64,000 nt of DNA, taken from assembly GCA_034211175.1 (NCBI GenBank), contig JAXHUH010000240.1:2393-66392 (forward strand), given 5' to 3'. Below are positions 18,053 to 27,449 of this stretch, piece after piece (the first letter of the stretch is position 1; each line of letters starts with the position of its first letter). A model generated the notes under the pieces. That model made no database searches. It saw nothing but the letters and a program-made list of their open reading frames with translations, and was not told where the DNA came from. Source of the DNA: Actinomycetota bacterium. Its GTDB lineage: Bacteria > Actinomycetota > Acidimicrobiia > Acidimicrobiales > CAIXPF01. The position numbers were made by a program, and so were the translations under genes.

Positions 18053-19194
18053 TCGACTCCCGCCTGCGCCTCAAGGCTGCGATCGGCATGGGCATCGTCG
18101 TGGTCCTCGGCCTTGTCGCCTTCGCCATCGGCGGCATGCGGATCTTCGAGCGCACCTACCCGCTGTCGGTGGTCGTCGAGGATGCCGCCGGGCTCGAGAC
18201 CGGAGATCCGGTCCGGGTGGCCGGTGTCCCGGTCGGCTCGGTGAACTCGATCGAGCGGATTCCCGAGGACGGCACGCTGCGGGTCGGCTTCCAGGTCGAT
18301 TCGGGCACCGAGATCTCCGAGTCGAGCACCGCATCGGTCCGGCTCCGCACCCTGCTGGGCAAGAAGTACCTCGACATCGCCGACCCCGGCACCGGCCAGC
18401 CGTTGGCCGAGGGCGGCGTGGTCCCCGTCTCCCAGACCAGCGCGTCCACCGACGTCGACACCCTGCTCAACGCGGCGGAGCCCACGTTCGAGCGCACGGA
18501 CGTGGACAGCATGAACAGCTTGCTCGCCGGTGTCGACCGCACCCTCGCCGGGCGGGGCGACGAGCTGCGGGACGTGTTCACCGAGCTCGGTGACCTGGCT
18601 TCCACGTTCGCCGACCGTGAGGCCGAGCTGACCCGGCTCATCGAATCCACCAACCAGCTCGCCGGCGTGGTCGGCGCCCGTGACGCCGAGCTGCGCACCG
18701 TGCTCGACGGCATGGACCTGGTGCTGGCCACGCTGTCCGAGCGGGGCGGCAACCTCACCGCCCTGGTCGACCAGGTGCGCACCCTGTCCGACACCCTGTC
18801 CCCGCTGCTCGCCACCAACCGGGACGACTTCACCTCCCTCTTGGCCGACGTGAACCAGGTCAGCGAGGTGCTCGTCCGCCAGAAGGACCGCCTCGACGTC
18901 GCACTCACCCAGGCCCCCAGCCTGGCCGAGCGCTTCCACGCCACCACCGCTGAGGGCTCGTGGGTGAACGTGTACATCGTCGGCGTGGTCGCCACGCCGT
19001 TCCTGGCCGATCCGGTCGACCTGGGCTCGTCGAACACGTCCGAGCCCGGCGTCAGCGGCGGGGTGCCCCGGGTGTGGCTCGACCCGCCCCAGCTCCTTCC
19101 GGACACCGACATCGCCGGCATCGACCTGCTCTTCGAGGACAACCGGGTCATCCAGGCGCCGGAGGGCTACATCGAGGGAGCGCCGAGCCGATGA
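18049..19194 (+). CDS. mceC: MCE-family protein MceC
   Basis: GTGA overlap. TM plus MCE domain (LSVVVEDAAGLETGDPVRVAGVPVGSVNSIERI). Confidence 0.88.
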   Translation: MIDSRLRLKAAIGMGIVVVLGLVAFAIGGMRIFERTYPLSVVVEDAAGLETGDPVRVAGVPVGSVNSIERIPEDGTLRVGFQVDSGTEISESSTASVRLRTLLGKKYLDIADPGTGQPLAEGGVVPVSQTSASTDVDTLLNAAEPTFERTDVDSMNSLLAGVDRTLAGRGDELRDVFTELGDLASTFADREAELTRLIESTNQLAGVVGARDAELRTVLDGMDLVLATLSERGGNLTALVDQVRTLSDTLSPLLATNRDDFTSLLADVNQVSEVLVRQKDRLDVALTQAPSLAERFHATTAEGSWVNVYIVGVVATPFLADPVDLGSSNTSEPGVSGGVPRVWLDPPQLLPDTDIAGIDLLFEDNRVIQAPEGYIEGAPSR

Positions 19195-20381
19195 CCACCT
19201 CGCTGGCCCGGCGCGCCATCACCGCCGTCGTCGTCTTCGCGTTCTCGCTGTCCACCGCCGGGCTCGCCGGTGTCGCCCTCGGCGTCGAGCTCGACAACCC
19301 CTTCGAGCCCGAGCGCACGGTCGTGCACGCCGACTTCGAGCGAGCCGTGGGCCTCTACGACCAATCCCGCGTGTTCGCCGACGGCGTGGAGGTCGGCGAG
19401 GTCACCGACATCGAGGTGCTCCCCGACACCGTCCGGGTGGAGCTGACCCTCGACGACATCGCCATCCAGGACGACACCAAGGCCATCCTCCGGCTCCGGT
19501 CCCTCATCGGTGAGCGGTACGTGGAGCTCACGGACGTGTGGACCGGGGACGGGAGCCGCCTCGAGTCCGGTGACGTCATCCCGTTGGAGCGCACCGTGGT
19601 GCCGGCCGAGATCACCGAGGTGCTCGACGAGGCGGCCCGGGTGTCCGAGGAGCTGGACGGCGCCACCCTCAACCGCGTCATCGAGGAGCTGGCCGTGGTC
19701 GTCGCCGACGACGGTGTCGCCGTGGAGGCGCTGCTCGAGGACCTGGCCGACGCCGGCGACGTGGTCGCGGCCCGGGCCGACGACCTCGACGAGCTCATCA
19801 GCTCCCTCGACACGGCCGTGGCCACCCTCGCCGAGAAGGATCAGACGGTCGTGTCGGTTCTGCGCAACGGCACGACGGTGTCCCAGGCCCTGCTCGCCCA
19901 GGAAGGGGCGCTCGACGCAGCCGTGCGCAGCATCGACACCATCGTCGGTGACCTGGCCACCTTCGCCGGCGACCAGCGCCAGGGCCTCACCGACCTGGCC
20001 GGTGACCTGTCCGAGATCGGCGCGCTGCTGGCCTCCCACCGGGCCGACTTCGAACAGACCGTGGACTACCTGCCGTGGGCGTCGTACGGGTTCGCCCGGG
20101 CCATCGCCCACGACGGCGACCGCTGGTACCTGCAACCCCAGGTCACCGGCACCCTCGTCGCGCCCTTCATCCCCAACGTCAACTCCCGCGGCGGGATCGG
20201 CTCCGAGGAGGAGGACAACCGCCTCGTTCCCGGCGTCGACTACGGCGACTCGGTCTTGCGCGACGTGGTGCCATGGCAGATCGACACCACGCCGCTGCTC
20301 GGCAACGGCCCGCTCCTGCCCTCGACGTCGCTGGGACCGGTCACCATCGACGCCGACGGCTCCGGGAGCGCGACGCCGTGA
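19191..20381 (+). CDS. mceD: MCE-family protein MceD
   Basis: ATGA overlap. TM plus MCE domain (VHADFERAVGLYDQSRVFADGVEVGEVTDIEV). Confidence 0.88.
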   Translation: MTTSLARRAITAVVVFAFSLSTAGLAGVALGVELDNPFEPERTVVHADFERAVGLYDQSRVFADGVEVGEVTDIEVLPDTVRVELTLDDIAIQDDTKAILRLRSLIGERYVELTDVWTGDGSRLESGDVIPLERTVVPAEITEVLDEAARVSEELDGATLNRVIEELAVVVADDGVAVEALLEDLADAGDVVAARADDLDELISSLDTAVATLAEKDQTVVSVLRNGTTVSQALLAQEGALDAAVRSIDTIVGDLATFAGDQRQGLTDLAGDLSEIGALLASHRADFEQTVDYLPWASYGFARAIAHDGDRWYLQPQVTGTLVAPFIPNVNSRGGIGSEEEDNRLVPGVDYGDSVLRDVVPWQIDTTPLLGNGPLLPSTSLGPVTIDADGSGSATP

Positions 20382-20412
20382 CCGACCACCGAACCACCAA
20401 GGAGGCCGGACC

Positions 20413-21540
20413 GTGCTCCGCCTGACCCTCGTCCAGCGGATCCGCCTCGGGATCCTCGTGGCCGTGCTCGCCGCCGCCGGCGTGTTCGTCATCCGGGCGT
20501 GGCCCGAAGCCGGCACCGCCTACGCAGCGATCGCCGAGGACGCCTCCGGGCTGGTGCCCCGCAACGACGTACGCCTGAACGACATCGTCGTCGGCCAGGT
20601 GACCGGCATCGACCTCGAGGGGCTCGACGCCCGCATCGGCTTCACCATCGACGACGACGTGGAGCTGCCGTCGGCGACCAAGGTGGAGATCCGCCAGACG
20701 TCGCTGCTGGGGGAGTACTTCCTCGCCCTCGTCCCCGAGGGCGAGGGCCGGCTGGAGCCGGGCACCACCATCCCGCTGGAGCGGACCCGCCGGGCCGCCG
20801 AGCTGGAGACCATCGTGTCCCGGGCCGGTGCGCTCACCGCCCAGGTCAACATCGACAACATCAACCGCATCCTCACCTCACTGGACACCGGCTTCGCTGC
20901 CGGGCCCGATGCGGTCGGCGACATGTTCGAGTCCATCGCCGGCACGGCGACCACGATGTCGACGCTGCGCGCCGACCTCAACGCCACCATCGACTCCGTC
21001 GATGCCCTGTCGGCCCGGCTGGCGCCGGAGACCGGCCGGTTCAGCGACGCCGTCAGCCGGTTCGCCGACGGCGCCGAGGCGCTCGCCAGCTCCAACGAGG
21101 GCATCGACGTGCTCGTCGAGCAGCTCGGCTCGGCCACCGGGTCGCTGTCCGAGCTCCTCGAGCGCAACCGGGAACGGCTCCAGCGCAGCACACCGGTGCT
21201 GCGCCGGACGCTGGCCGACGTGGTCGCCAACCTCGACGACGTGATCTCGTCGGTCCAGGGCCTGCCCGCCTTCAACCGGGGCTGGGCCTGCGCCGCCGAC
21301 GGCCACTACCTCAACTTCATGTTCCCCCTCGCTCCCGAGGCGGCGAACCTTGATCTGAACCCGGGCCGGTGCGACAACGTCGAGGAAGGCCCACGCGGTC
21401 GTGCGCGGCCCACCGAGGTGCAGCTGCTGCCCGGCTTGGACAGCTTGCAGGTGGATGACCCGGTCGGCACCGGCGACGTCGACCTCGGCGCCGGCACCGC
21501 CAACGAGGGCCGGTCGGCCCTGGAGGGCGACCGGCCATGA
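20413..21540 (+). CDS. mceE: MCE-family protein MceE
   Basis: GTG with AAGGAGG 7 nt upstream. TM plus MCE domain (AIAEDASGLVPRNDVRLNDIVVGQVTGIDLE). Confidence 0.85.
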   Translation: MLRLTLVQRIRLGILVAVLAAAGVFVIRAWPEAGTAYAAIAEDASGLVPRNDVRLNDIVVGQVTGIDLEGLDARIGFTIDDDVELPSATKVEIRQTSLLGEYFLALVPEGEGRLEPGTTIPLERTRRAAELETIVSRAGALTAQVNIDNINRILTSLDTGFAAGPDAVGDMFESIAGTATTMSTLRADLNATIDSVDALSARLAPETGRFSDAVSRFADGAEALASSNEGIDVLVEQLGSATGSLSELLERNRERLQRSTPVLRRTLADVVANLDDVISSVQGLPAFNRGWACAADGHYLNFMFPLAPEAANLDLNPGRCDNVEEGPRGRARPTEVQLLPGLDSLQVDDPVGTGDVDLGAGTANEGRSALEGDRP

Positions 21541-22790
21541 GGCTCAACGCCCGCACCGTCATCAACGTCCTGGTCGTCTTCGCCGTCGGTGCCTCCGCGC
21601 TGGTGTGGGCCGTGGTCGGTCTTGCCGGGCTGCGACTCTTCGGAGACGAACGCGTCACCGTGCAGGCAGTGGTCACCCGGGCCGCCGGTGCACTCCCCGG
21701 CGCCGAGGTGACGTATCTGGGCCAGTCGGTCGGCACGGTGAACCGCAGCGAGTTCGTCGACGACGGGATCCTGCTCACCATGGACGTCGACCTGCCGGAC
21801 GAGGTCGCTGCGGTGCTGCGCGCCGACGTCCGGCAGAAGTCGGCGCTCGGCGAACCCTACGTGGACCTCGGGCCTGCGCAGGCCGACCCGGACGCCGATG
21901 CGAGCGAGGAAGAGGTCGTCCCCCTGGCATGGTCAGCGGGTCGGGTGCCGGCCCAGGAGCTGGACGGCGTGCGCATCCCGAGGGAACGGACGTCGGTCCC
22001 GGCCGAGCTGGGCCAGCTGCTCTCCGACGCCGACGCCCTCCTCGGAGACCTGAATCCCAAAGCCCTGGGCGACTTCGTCGACGGATCCGCTGCCATCGTC
22101 GGCAACGAGGAGAACCTGCGCCGCATCCTGCGCAGCGGCGCCGTGGTGGCAGAGACGATCCGCGGGCGCAGCGCCGAGATCGACTCGCTGGTGGCCAACG
22201 CCGCCCAGCTGAGCGAGACCCTGGACGCGTCCCGTGGCGACGTGCAGGGTGCGCTGGACGGCTTCTCCGAGCTCGGCGCCGTGCTGGCCGACCGGACCGA
22301 GCAGCTGGAGTCGATCCTCGAGCGAGGTTCCACGCTGGCCACCGAGGGCTCCCGCCTCATCGCCGACACCCGTCCCGAGGTCGACGGCGTCCTCTCCGGT
22401 CTCGACGCCACGTTCGAGACCCTCGCCGACCGTCCCACCAAGGTGCGTGAGATCCTCACCCTCACACCGCTGATGATCGACCGGTTCGGCAAGACCTTCG
22501 AAGGTGGCTACTTCTGGCTCGGTGCCGCGCACGTCCCCTTCGTGCCCGGTACTCCCCGCCTGGGCGTGCCGGTCACCGGCAAGGGCCTGCGCATCGACCG
22601 CATCTTCGCTCCCTCCGTGGCCCAGAAGATCACCGTCGACCTCGAAGCGATGGGCATGCCTCAGTTCGGGGTGGTCCAGCTGCTGCCCAGCGAGCAGATC
22701 GGCGCCGCCGCCCAGGAGCCGGGCGGGCTCAGCCGCCTGATCGACGCCACGCGGGTGGACCTCGAGGACGAAGCGCCCGAGGTCGAGTGA
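21537..22790 (+). CDS. mceF: MCE-family protein MceF
   Basis: ATGA overlap. TM plus MCE domain (VQAVVTRAAGALPGAEVTYLGQSVGTVNRSEF). Confidence 0.88.
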   Translation: MRLNARTVINVLVVFAVGASALVWAVVGLAGLRLFGDERVTVQAVVTRAAGALPGAEVTYLGQSVGTVNRSEFVDDGILLTMDVDLPDEVAAVLRADVRQKSALGEPYVDLGPAQADPDADASEEEVVPLAWSAGRVPAQELDGVRIPRERTSVPAELGQLLSDADALLGDLNPKALGDFVDGSAAIVGNEENLRRILRSGAVVAETIRGRSAEIDSLVANAAQLSETLDASRGDVQGALDGFSELGAVLADRTEQLESILERGSTLATEGSRLIADTRPEVDGVLSGLDATFETLADRPTKVREILTLTPLMIDRFGKTFEGGYFWLGAAHVPFVPGTPRLGVPVTGKGLRIDRIFAPSVAQKITVDLEAMGMPQFGVVQLLPSEQIGAAAQEPGGLSRLIDATRVDLEDEAPEVE

Positions 22791-22810
22791 CCGCTGAGAA
22801 CCGGTGGCGC

Positions 22811-23350
22811 TCAGAGCACCTGGACGCTGGAGACCAGGTCCTCGTCCCGGTCGACCTGCACCAGCAGGCCGACCCGGACGATGCGGCTCTCTGGTGCCGC
22901 CGCCTGTCCCTGCTCACCACTACTGTCCGCCCCGTCGGCCGGTGCCGCTGAAGGAGCTGTGATCTGTTGGTTGACCACGACGAAGAAGACGGCCGTTCCG
23001 TCGTCGGCCCGCTGCAGGGTGGGCCCGGCGACGACCTCACCGCTGCTGACCGACCCGCTGGCCTGGAGGTCGGCGACGAACGTCTCACCCATGGTGGAGC
23101 GGAATTCGTCGGCGAAGGCCGGGGTCCCGAGGGCGAGGATGCGCTCGATGTCGGCCTCGACCCGGCCGGAGTCGAACGTGGTCACCGCACTGGCGAAGCG
23201 CTCGACGAGGGCGAGCTCGTCGGGGTCGGGAGTGGGCGTCCCGTCGTCGCCGTCGGCGGCGGCAGCGACGCCGAACCCAGCGAGCGCGACGCCGATGGCC
23301 AGAGCGACGCCGGCGGCGATCCGGGAGTGCAAGACACGTCGGAGCATCAC
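22811..23350 (-). CDS. Mce-associated (Mas-like) membrane protein
   Basis: 179 aa. N-terminal TM IAAGVALAIGVALAGFGVAAA followed by an NTF2-like domain of about 120 aa. Convergent on the mceF end. Confidence 0.6.
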   Translation of the reverse strand: MMLRRVLHSRIAAGVALAIGVALAGFGVAAAADGDDGTPTPDPDELALVERFASAVTTFDSGRVEADIERILALGTPAFADEFRSTMGETFVADLQASGSVSSGEVVAGPTLQRADDGTAVFFVVVNQQITAPSAAPADGADSSGEQGQAAAPESRIVRVGLLVQVDRDEDLVSSVQVL

Positions 23351-23833
23351 GAGACACTACCCCGTGGTCGTCTCGCCACGTGGGCGACCGCCGGGTTGCT
23401 CGCAGCGGTGGGGGCGGTGGCGTTCCTCGTCGCCGAGACCGGTGACGAGCGCTCGGATCGGGAGGAGGTGCTGGCCTTCTCCGAGGAGTTCATCGGCATC
23501 TTCACCTCCTACGACCACGCCACCTTCGAGCAGACCGAGGCCGCGGTAGCCGAGCGGTCCACAGCATCGTTCGCCACGCGGTACCGGTCGCTGCTGGGCG
23601 GTGCCGGGTTCCTGGACGCGCTCGCGGAGAACCAGGCCGAGGCGACCTCGGAGATCACCGTCGGGCCGCTCCTGGCCATGCTGGGCGACCACGAGGCGCG
23701 CACGTTCGCCATCGTCGAGCAGGAGGTGATCGGTCGCCAGTTCGAAGAACCGCAGCGGGCGCGACTGCGGGTGGAGGTGGTCATGGTCGAGACGCCCGAC
23801 GGTTGGACCGTGGTCGACGTCGAGACGACCTGA
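23327..23833 (+). CDS. Mce-associated (Mas-like) membrane protein; start uncertain
   Basis: TM WATAGLLAAVGAVAFLVAE followed by EEFIGIFTSYDHATFEQTEAAVAERSTASFATRY..., typical Mas layout. The GTG at 23327 overlaps the divergent gene start; TTG at 23396 is an alternative. Confidence 0.55.
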   Translation: MQDTSEHHETLPRGRLATWATAGLLAAVGAVAFLVAETGDERSDREEVLAFSEEFIGIFTSYDHATFEQTEAAVAERSTASFATRYRSLLGGAGFLDALAENQAEATSEITVGPLLAMLGDHEARTFAIVEQEVIGRQFEEPQRARLRVEVVMVETPDGWTVVDVETT

Positions 23834-23852
23834 CCCGGCCGAGCCCGCCGGT

Positions 23853-25148
23853 TCACCAGCCGGCGGCGAGCACGATCGCGCCCTGCACGGCGCCGACGGC
23901 GCCACCCAGCATGCCGCCGATGACGACGAGGATGATCTCGTCCTCCTCGAAGATGCCTCGCAGCATGCGCTCGAACTGGTGCTTGTCGAGCACCGAGAGC
24001 CGCTCCTCGATCAGCTCGTCGAGCCGCAGTGAATCGGCGAGGTGCTCTTCGACCAGAGCCCGAGCTTGGGGGATCAGGTCACCGAGCCGCTGGGTGAGCA
24101 CGAAGGTGACCTTGTCGAGCTGGTCGTCGGTCGGCTCGGTGCCGGCGATCATGGTCAACATGGGCCGGAACTGGTCGAGCTGGCTTCGGGCTTGGCCGAC
24201 CAGCTCGGTGACCAGCTCAGGTGCGGCCGGGTTGGCGACGGTGTGGTCGATCAGGTTGGCGGGCGTGAGCACCTCGCCCGCCGCGATGCGCCCGTAGTCG
24301 TGGGCGATCTCGGCCTGGCGCTTGGGGAACATGCCCTGATAGGTGACGAGGCCGAGGTAGCGACGGGGCTCGAGCGGGCGGAAGATCATCTGGATGGCCA
24401 GCCAGTTGGTGCCGAGGCCGACGATGGCGCCGACGATCGGCATCGTCCACCACACGCCGAACACCGAGTACGCAGCGGCTTGGAGCATGCCGACGGCGAA
24501 GCCGAAGACGCCGCCGTAGAGCTCGATGAAGCGCAGTTCGCGGTGGCCGACCTCTTGGGCGACCCGGGCGAGCCGATCCGCGTTCGGGCCGCTCAGCTCC
24601 TCGACCACGAGCCGGTCCAAGTCGATCAGGTCCTCCGCGTGTTCGCCCATCCCCACCAGGGCTTGACCGACGCTCTGCTCGACCTGGCCGAGCACCAGGC
24701 CCCGCACCTGCTCCCGGGCCTCCGGCGCCATGGCGTCCCAGGTGCCGGGGGCGACGATGTCGAGCGCCTCGCCGAGCATGGTGTCGACCTCCGTGGGATG
24801 CGCAGCCACGAGCCGCTGCACCAGCCCGTGGGCATCGAGGCGCTCGACCATGTCCTCGGGGCTGAGGACGTGTCCGGTCGTGGTGGCGATCTCGGTGGCG
24901 AACTTCGGCGCCAGCCGGTACACGATGCCTTGCCACTTCAGGGGCCCCACGCCCCATGGCTCCCGGGGGTGGAAGACCATCTTCACCGCGGCCCAGTTCG
25001 TGATGTAGCCGATGAAGGCGGTGATGAGCGGGACGGTCAGGAACAGGACGAGCGTGTCGCTCACGAGAGCCTCCGAGATCGTGGTAGCTGCGGAAGGCTT
25101 CGCCAGGGACGCCCCGATGTCCTCCGGCCGCCCCCGGCCCGAGGACAT
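23853..25148 (-). CDS. DUF445-family membrane protein
   Basis: 431 aa with the motif duplicated: ITNWAAVKMVFHP and GTNWLAIQMIFRP. Confidence 0.72.
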   Translation of the reverse strand: MSSGRGRPEDIGASLAKPSAATTISEALVSDTLVLFLTVPLITAFIGYITNWAAVKMVFHPREPWGVGPLKWQGIVYRLAPKFATEIATTTGHVLSPEDMVERLDAHGLVQRLVAAHPTEVDTMLGEALDIVAPGTWDAMAPEAREQVRGLVLGQVEQSVGQALVGMGEHAEDLIDLDRLVVEELSGPNADRLARVAQEVGHRELRFIELYGGVFGFAVGMLQAAAYSVFGVWWTMPIVGAIVGLGTNWLAIQMIFRPLEPRRYLGLVTYQGMFPKRQAEIAHDYGRIAAGEVLTPANLIDHTVANPAAPELVTELVGQARSQLDQFRPMLTMIAGTEPTDDQLDKVTFVLTQRLGDLIPQARALVEEHLADSLRLDELIEERLSVLDKHQFERMLRGIFEEDEIILVVIGGMLGGAVGAVQGAIVLAAGW

Positions 25149-25164
25149 CGGGCGCCCGGGTGGA

Positions 25165-26061
25165 TCAGCCCTTCGCCACGTTGAGGAGCTGACCCATCTC
25201 CTCGTTGGCGTTGTCGGGCACGATGAGGTCGTCGAGCGATGCGATGGTGTCCCAGTTGTCGCGCACCTGCTCGGGCGTGAGCTCCTTCGAGTAGTAGCCG
25301 AGCGGCTCGGCGATCACCACCCGGGTCACCCGGCCACCGGCGACGGACAGGATCTGGCCGGTGACGTCGCACTGCTCCGAGGCCAGGTAGACGACGACCG
25401 GGGCGACGGCCTCGGGGTCGAGGGAGTCCGCCATGGGGCCGAGCAGGTCCTCGGTCATGCGAGTGCGGGCGCCGGGGGCGATGACGTTGGCCAGCACATT
25501 GCGCTTGCGGCCCTCCTGGGCGAGGGCCTTGGTGAACCCGACGAGGCCCATCTTCGCTGCTGCGTAGTTGGTCTGGCCGAAGTTGCCGAACAGGCCGGCG
25601 GCCGAGGTCGTGTTGATGACCCGCCCGTAGTTCTGCTCCCGCATGAGCTTCCACGCCGGGAGGGTCACCCAGAAGGCGCCGTAGAGGTGGACCTGCAGAA
25701 CCGGCTCGAGCAGATCGGGGGTCAGGTTGTGTAATGCCTTGTCGCGCAGGATGCCAGCGTTGTTCACGACGATGTCGACCCGGCCGAACGCGTCGAGCGC
25801 GGACTGCACGATGGCCTCCCCGCCGGCCTGGCTGGCCACCGAGTCCGTGTTCGCGACCGCCTCGCCACCGGCGGCATTGATCTCGTCGGCCACCAGCTTG
25901 GCCGGGCCGGCGTCGGCACCGCTCCCGTCGACCGTCCCGCCGAGGTCGTTGACCACCACGCGGGCGCCACGAGCGGCCAGCTGGTGCGCGTGCTGGCGGC
26001 CCAGCCCGTGCCCGGCCCCCGTCACGATCGCAACCTGTCCGTCGAATCCGATGTCCGTCAT
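25165..26061 (-). CDS. SDR oxidoreductase, MFE-2/Hsd4A-like 3-hydroxyacyl-CoA dehydrogenase type
   Basis: ATG at 26061 with GGGAAGGA RBS. VAIVTGAGHGLGRQHA...VVVNDLGG...VDIVVNNAGILRD...NYAAAKMG. Confidence 0.88.
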   Translation of the reverse strand: MTDIGFDGQVAIVTGAGHGLGRQHAHQLAARGARVVVNDLGGTVDGSGADAGPAKLVADEINAAGGEAVANTDSVASQAGGEAIVQSALDAFGRVDIVVNNAGILRDKALHNLTPDLLEPVLQVHLYGAFWVTLPAWKLMREQNYGRVINTTSAAGLFGNFGQTNYAAAKMGLVGFTKALAQEGRKRNVLANVIAPGARTRMTEDLLGPMADSLDPEAVAPVVVYLASEQCDVTGQILSVAGGRVTRVVIAEPLGYYSKELTPEQVRDNWDTIASLDDLIVPDNANEEMGQLLNVAKG

Positions 26062-26096
26062 CTCGTCCTTCCCGCCAGGGCGTCTCCCCGGCACAT

Positions 26097-26120
26097 GTGA
26101 CAGAGGCGATCATATGTCCT
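26097..26120. promoter_or_regulatory. Operator-like palindrome GTGACA-N12-TGTCCT (site 2 of 9)
   Basis: In the divergent SDR/ACAD intergenic region. Overlaps the local palindrome CACATGTG (26092-26099). Confidence 0.45.
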
Positions 26121-26183
26121 ACGGTTTCGCCGGAACCGAGTCCGACCCGCCGGGCGGACACGTGAGGCCCACAGGAGGACGAG

Positions 26184-27449
26184 ATGACGACGGTCAGCCC
26201 CGCGAGCGTGCGCGAGGAAGCGGAGACGTGGTTCCGCGAGAACTGGGATCCCGAGATCCCCCTCGGGCACTGGTGGGAGCGGCTCGCGGACAGCGGCTGG
26301 GGGTTCCCGACATGGCCGGAGCGCTGGTTCGGGCGGGGTCTGAGCAGCGACCAGGCCAAGCAGGTCGACGCAGCTCGGGCCGAGGTCGGCGCCGTCGGCC
26401 CGCCCAGCGGCATCGGCGTGATGATGGCGGGGCCCACGATCATCGACCATGGCACCGAGGAGCAGTGCCAGCGGTTCCTGCCGGACATGGTCACCGGCAA
26501 GGAGGTCTGGTGCCAGCTGTTCTCCGAGCCCGGCGCGGGCTCGGACCTGGCCGGGTTGCAGGCCCGGGCCGAGCGCGACGGTGACGAGTGGGTCGTCAAC
26601 GGCCAGAAGGTGTGGACGTCCGGGGCGCAGTTCTCCAAGTGGGGGATCCTCATCGCCCGCACCTCGGTCGACGTGCCCAAGCACGAAGGCATCACGTTCT
26701 TCGTGATCGACATGGACCAGCCCGGCATCGAGGTCCGACCGCTCAAGGAGATGACCGGGGGCGCCACCTTCAACGAGGTCTTCATGACCGATGCGCGGGT
26801 GCCGCACAGCAATGTGATCGGGGAACCGAACCGCGGTTGGGCGGTGGCGGTGACAACGCTGACCCACGAGCGCAACTCCCTCGGCGCATCGGGGATGGCC
26901 AGTGCCGCCGGCGGCGTGATGATCGGGCGCAACGACCTCGATCGCCCTGCGGGCCGCAAGGGCAGCGGGGGAGGCGAGATGGCCGGGATGGCCGCCGCCT
27001 TCGGGGCCGGGGGGTCCATGATCGCCGGACTTCCGGCGCTGGTCGGCCGCGGAGACGACAAGGTCCTCCGCGACAAGGTGATGCGCATCTACACGCTGAT
27101 GGAGATCACCCGCTACACGAGCCTGCGGGTCCAGGCGGCGAAGGCCGCCGGCCGGGGTCCCGGGCCGGAGGTCTCCACCGGGAAGCTCGTCGCCTCGGAG
27201 ATGGTGCGCCAGCTGCGCGACGTCGGTTTGGAGGCGCTCGGGCCCTACGGCCAGCTGATGGGCGACGACACGCCGCTGGGAGGCATGCTCCAGCAGCTGG
27301 CGCTGTTCAGCCCGGCCATCTCCATCGCCGGCGGGTCGGACCAGATCCAGCGAAACATCATCGGCGAACGAGTACTCGGCCTGCCCGGTGAGCCTCGCGT
27401 CGACAAGGACGTGCCCTTCGCGGAGCTGAAGGTGGGGACGCAGCGATGA
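26184..27449 (+). CDS. Acyl-CoA dehydrogenase
   Basis: 421 aa. AGGAGGA RBS. ...GTEEQCQRFLPDMVTGKEVWCQLFSEPGAGSDLAGLQARAERDGDEWVVNGQKVWTSGA... Confidence 0.92.
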   Translation: MTTVSPASVREEAETWFRENWDPEIPLGHWWERLADSGWGFPTWPERWFGRGLSSDQAKQVDAARAEVGAVGPPSGIGVMMAGPTIIDHGTEEQCQRFLPDMVTGKEVWCQLFSEPGAGSDLAGLQARAERDGDEWVVNGQKVWTSGAQFSKWGILIARTSVDVPKHEGITFFVIDMDQPGIEVRPLKEMTGGATFNEVFMTDARVPHSNVIGEPNRGWAVAVTTLTHERNSLGASGMASAAGGVMIGRNDLDRPAGRKGSGGGEMAGMAAAFGAGGSMIAGLPALVGRGDDKVLRDKVMRIYTLMEITRYTSLRVQAAKAAGRGPGPEVSTGKLVASEMVRQLRDVGLEALGPYGQLMGDDTPLGGMLQQLALFSPAISIAGGSDQIQRNIIGERVLGLPGEPRVDKDVPFAELKVGTQR

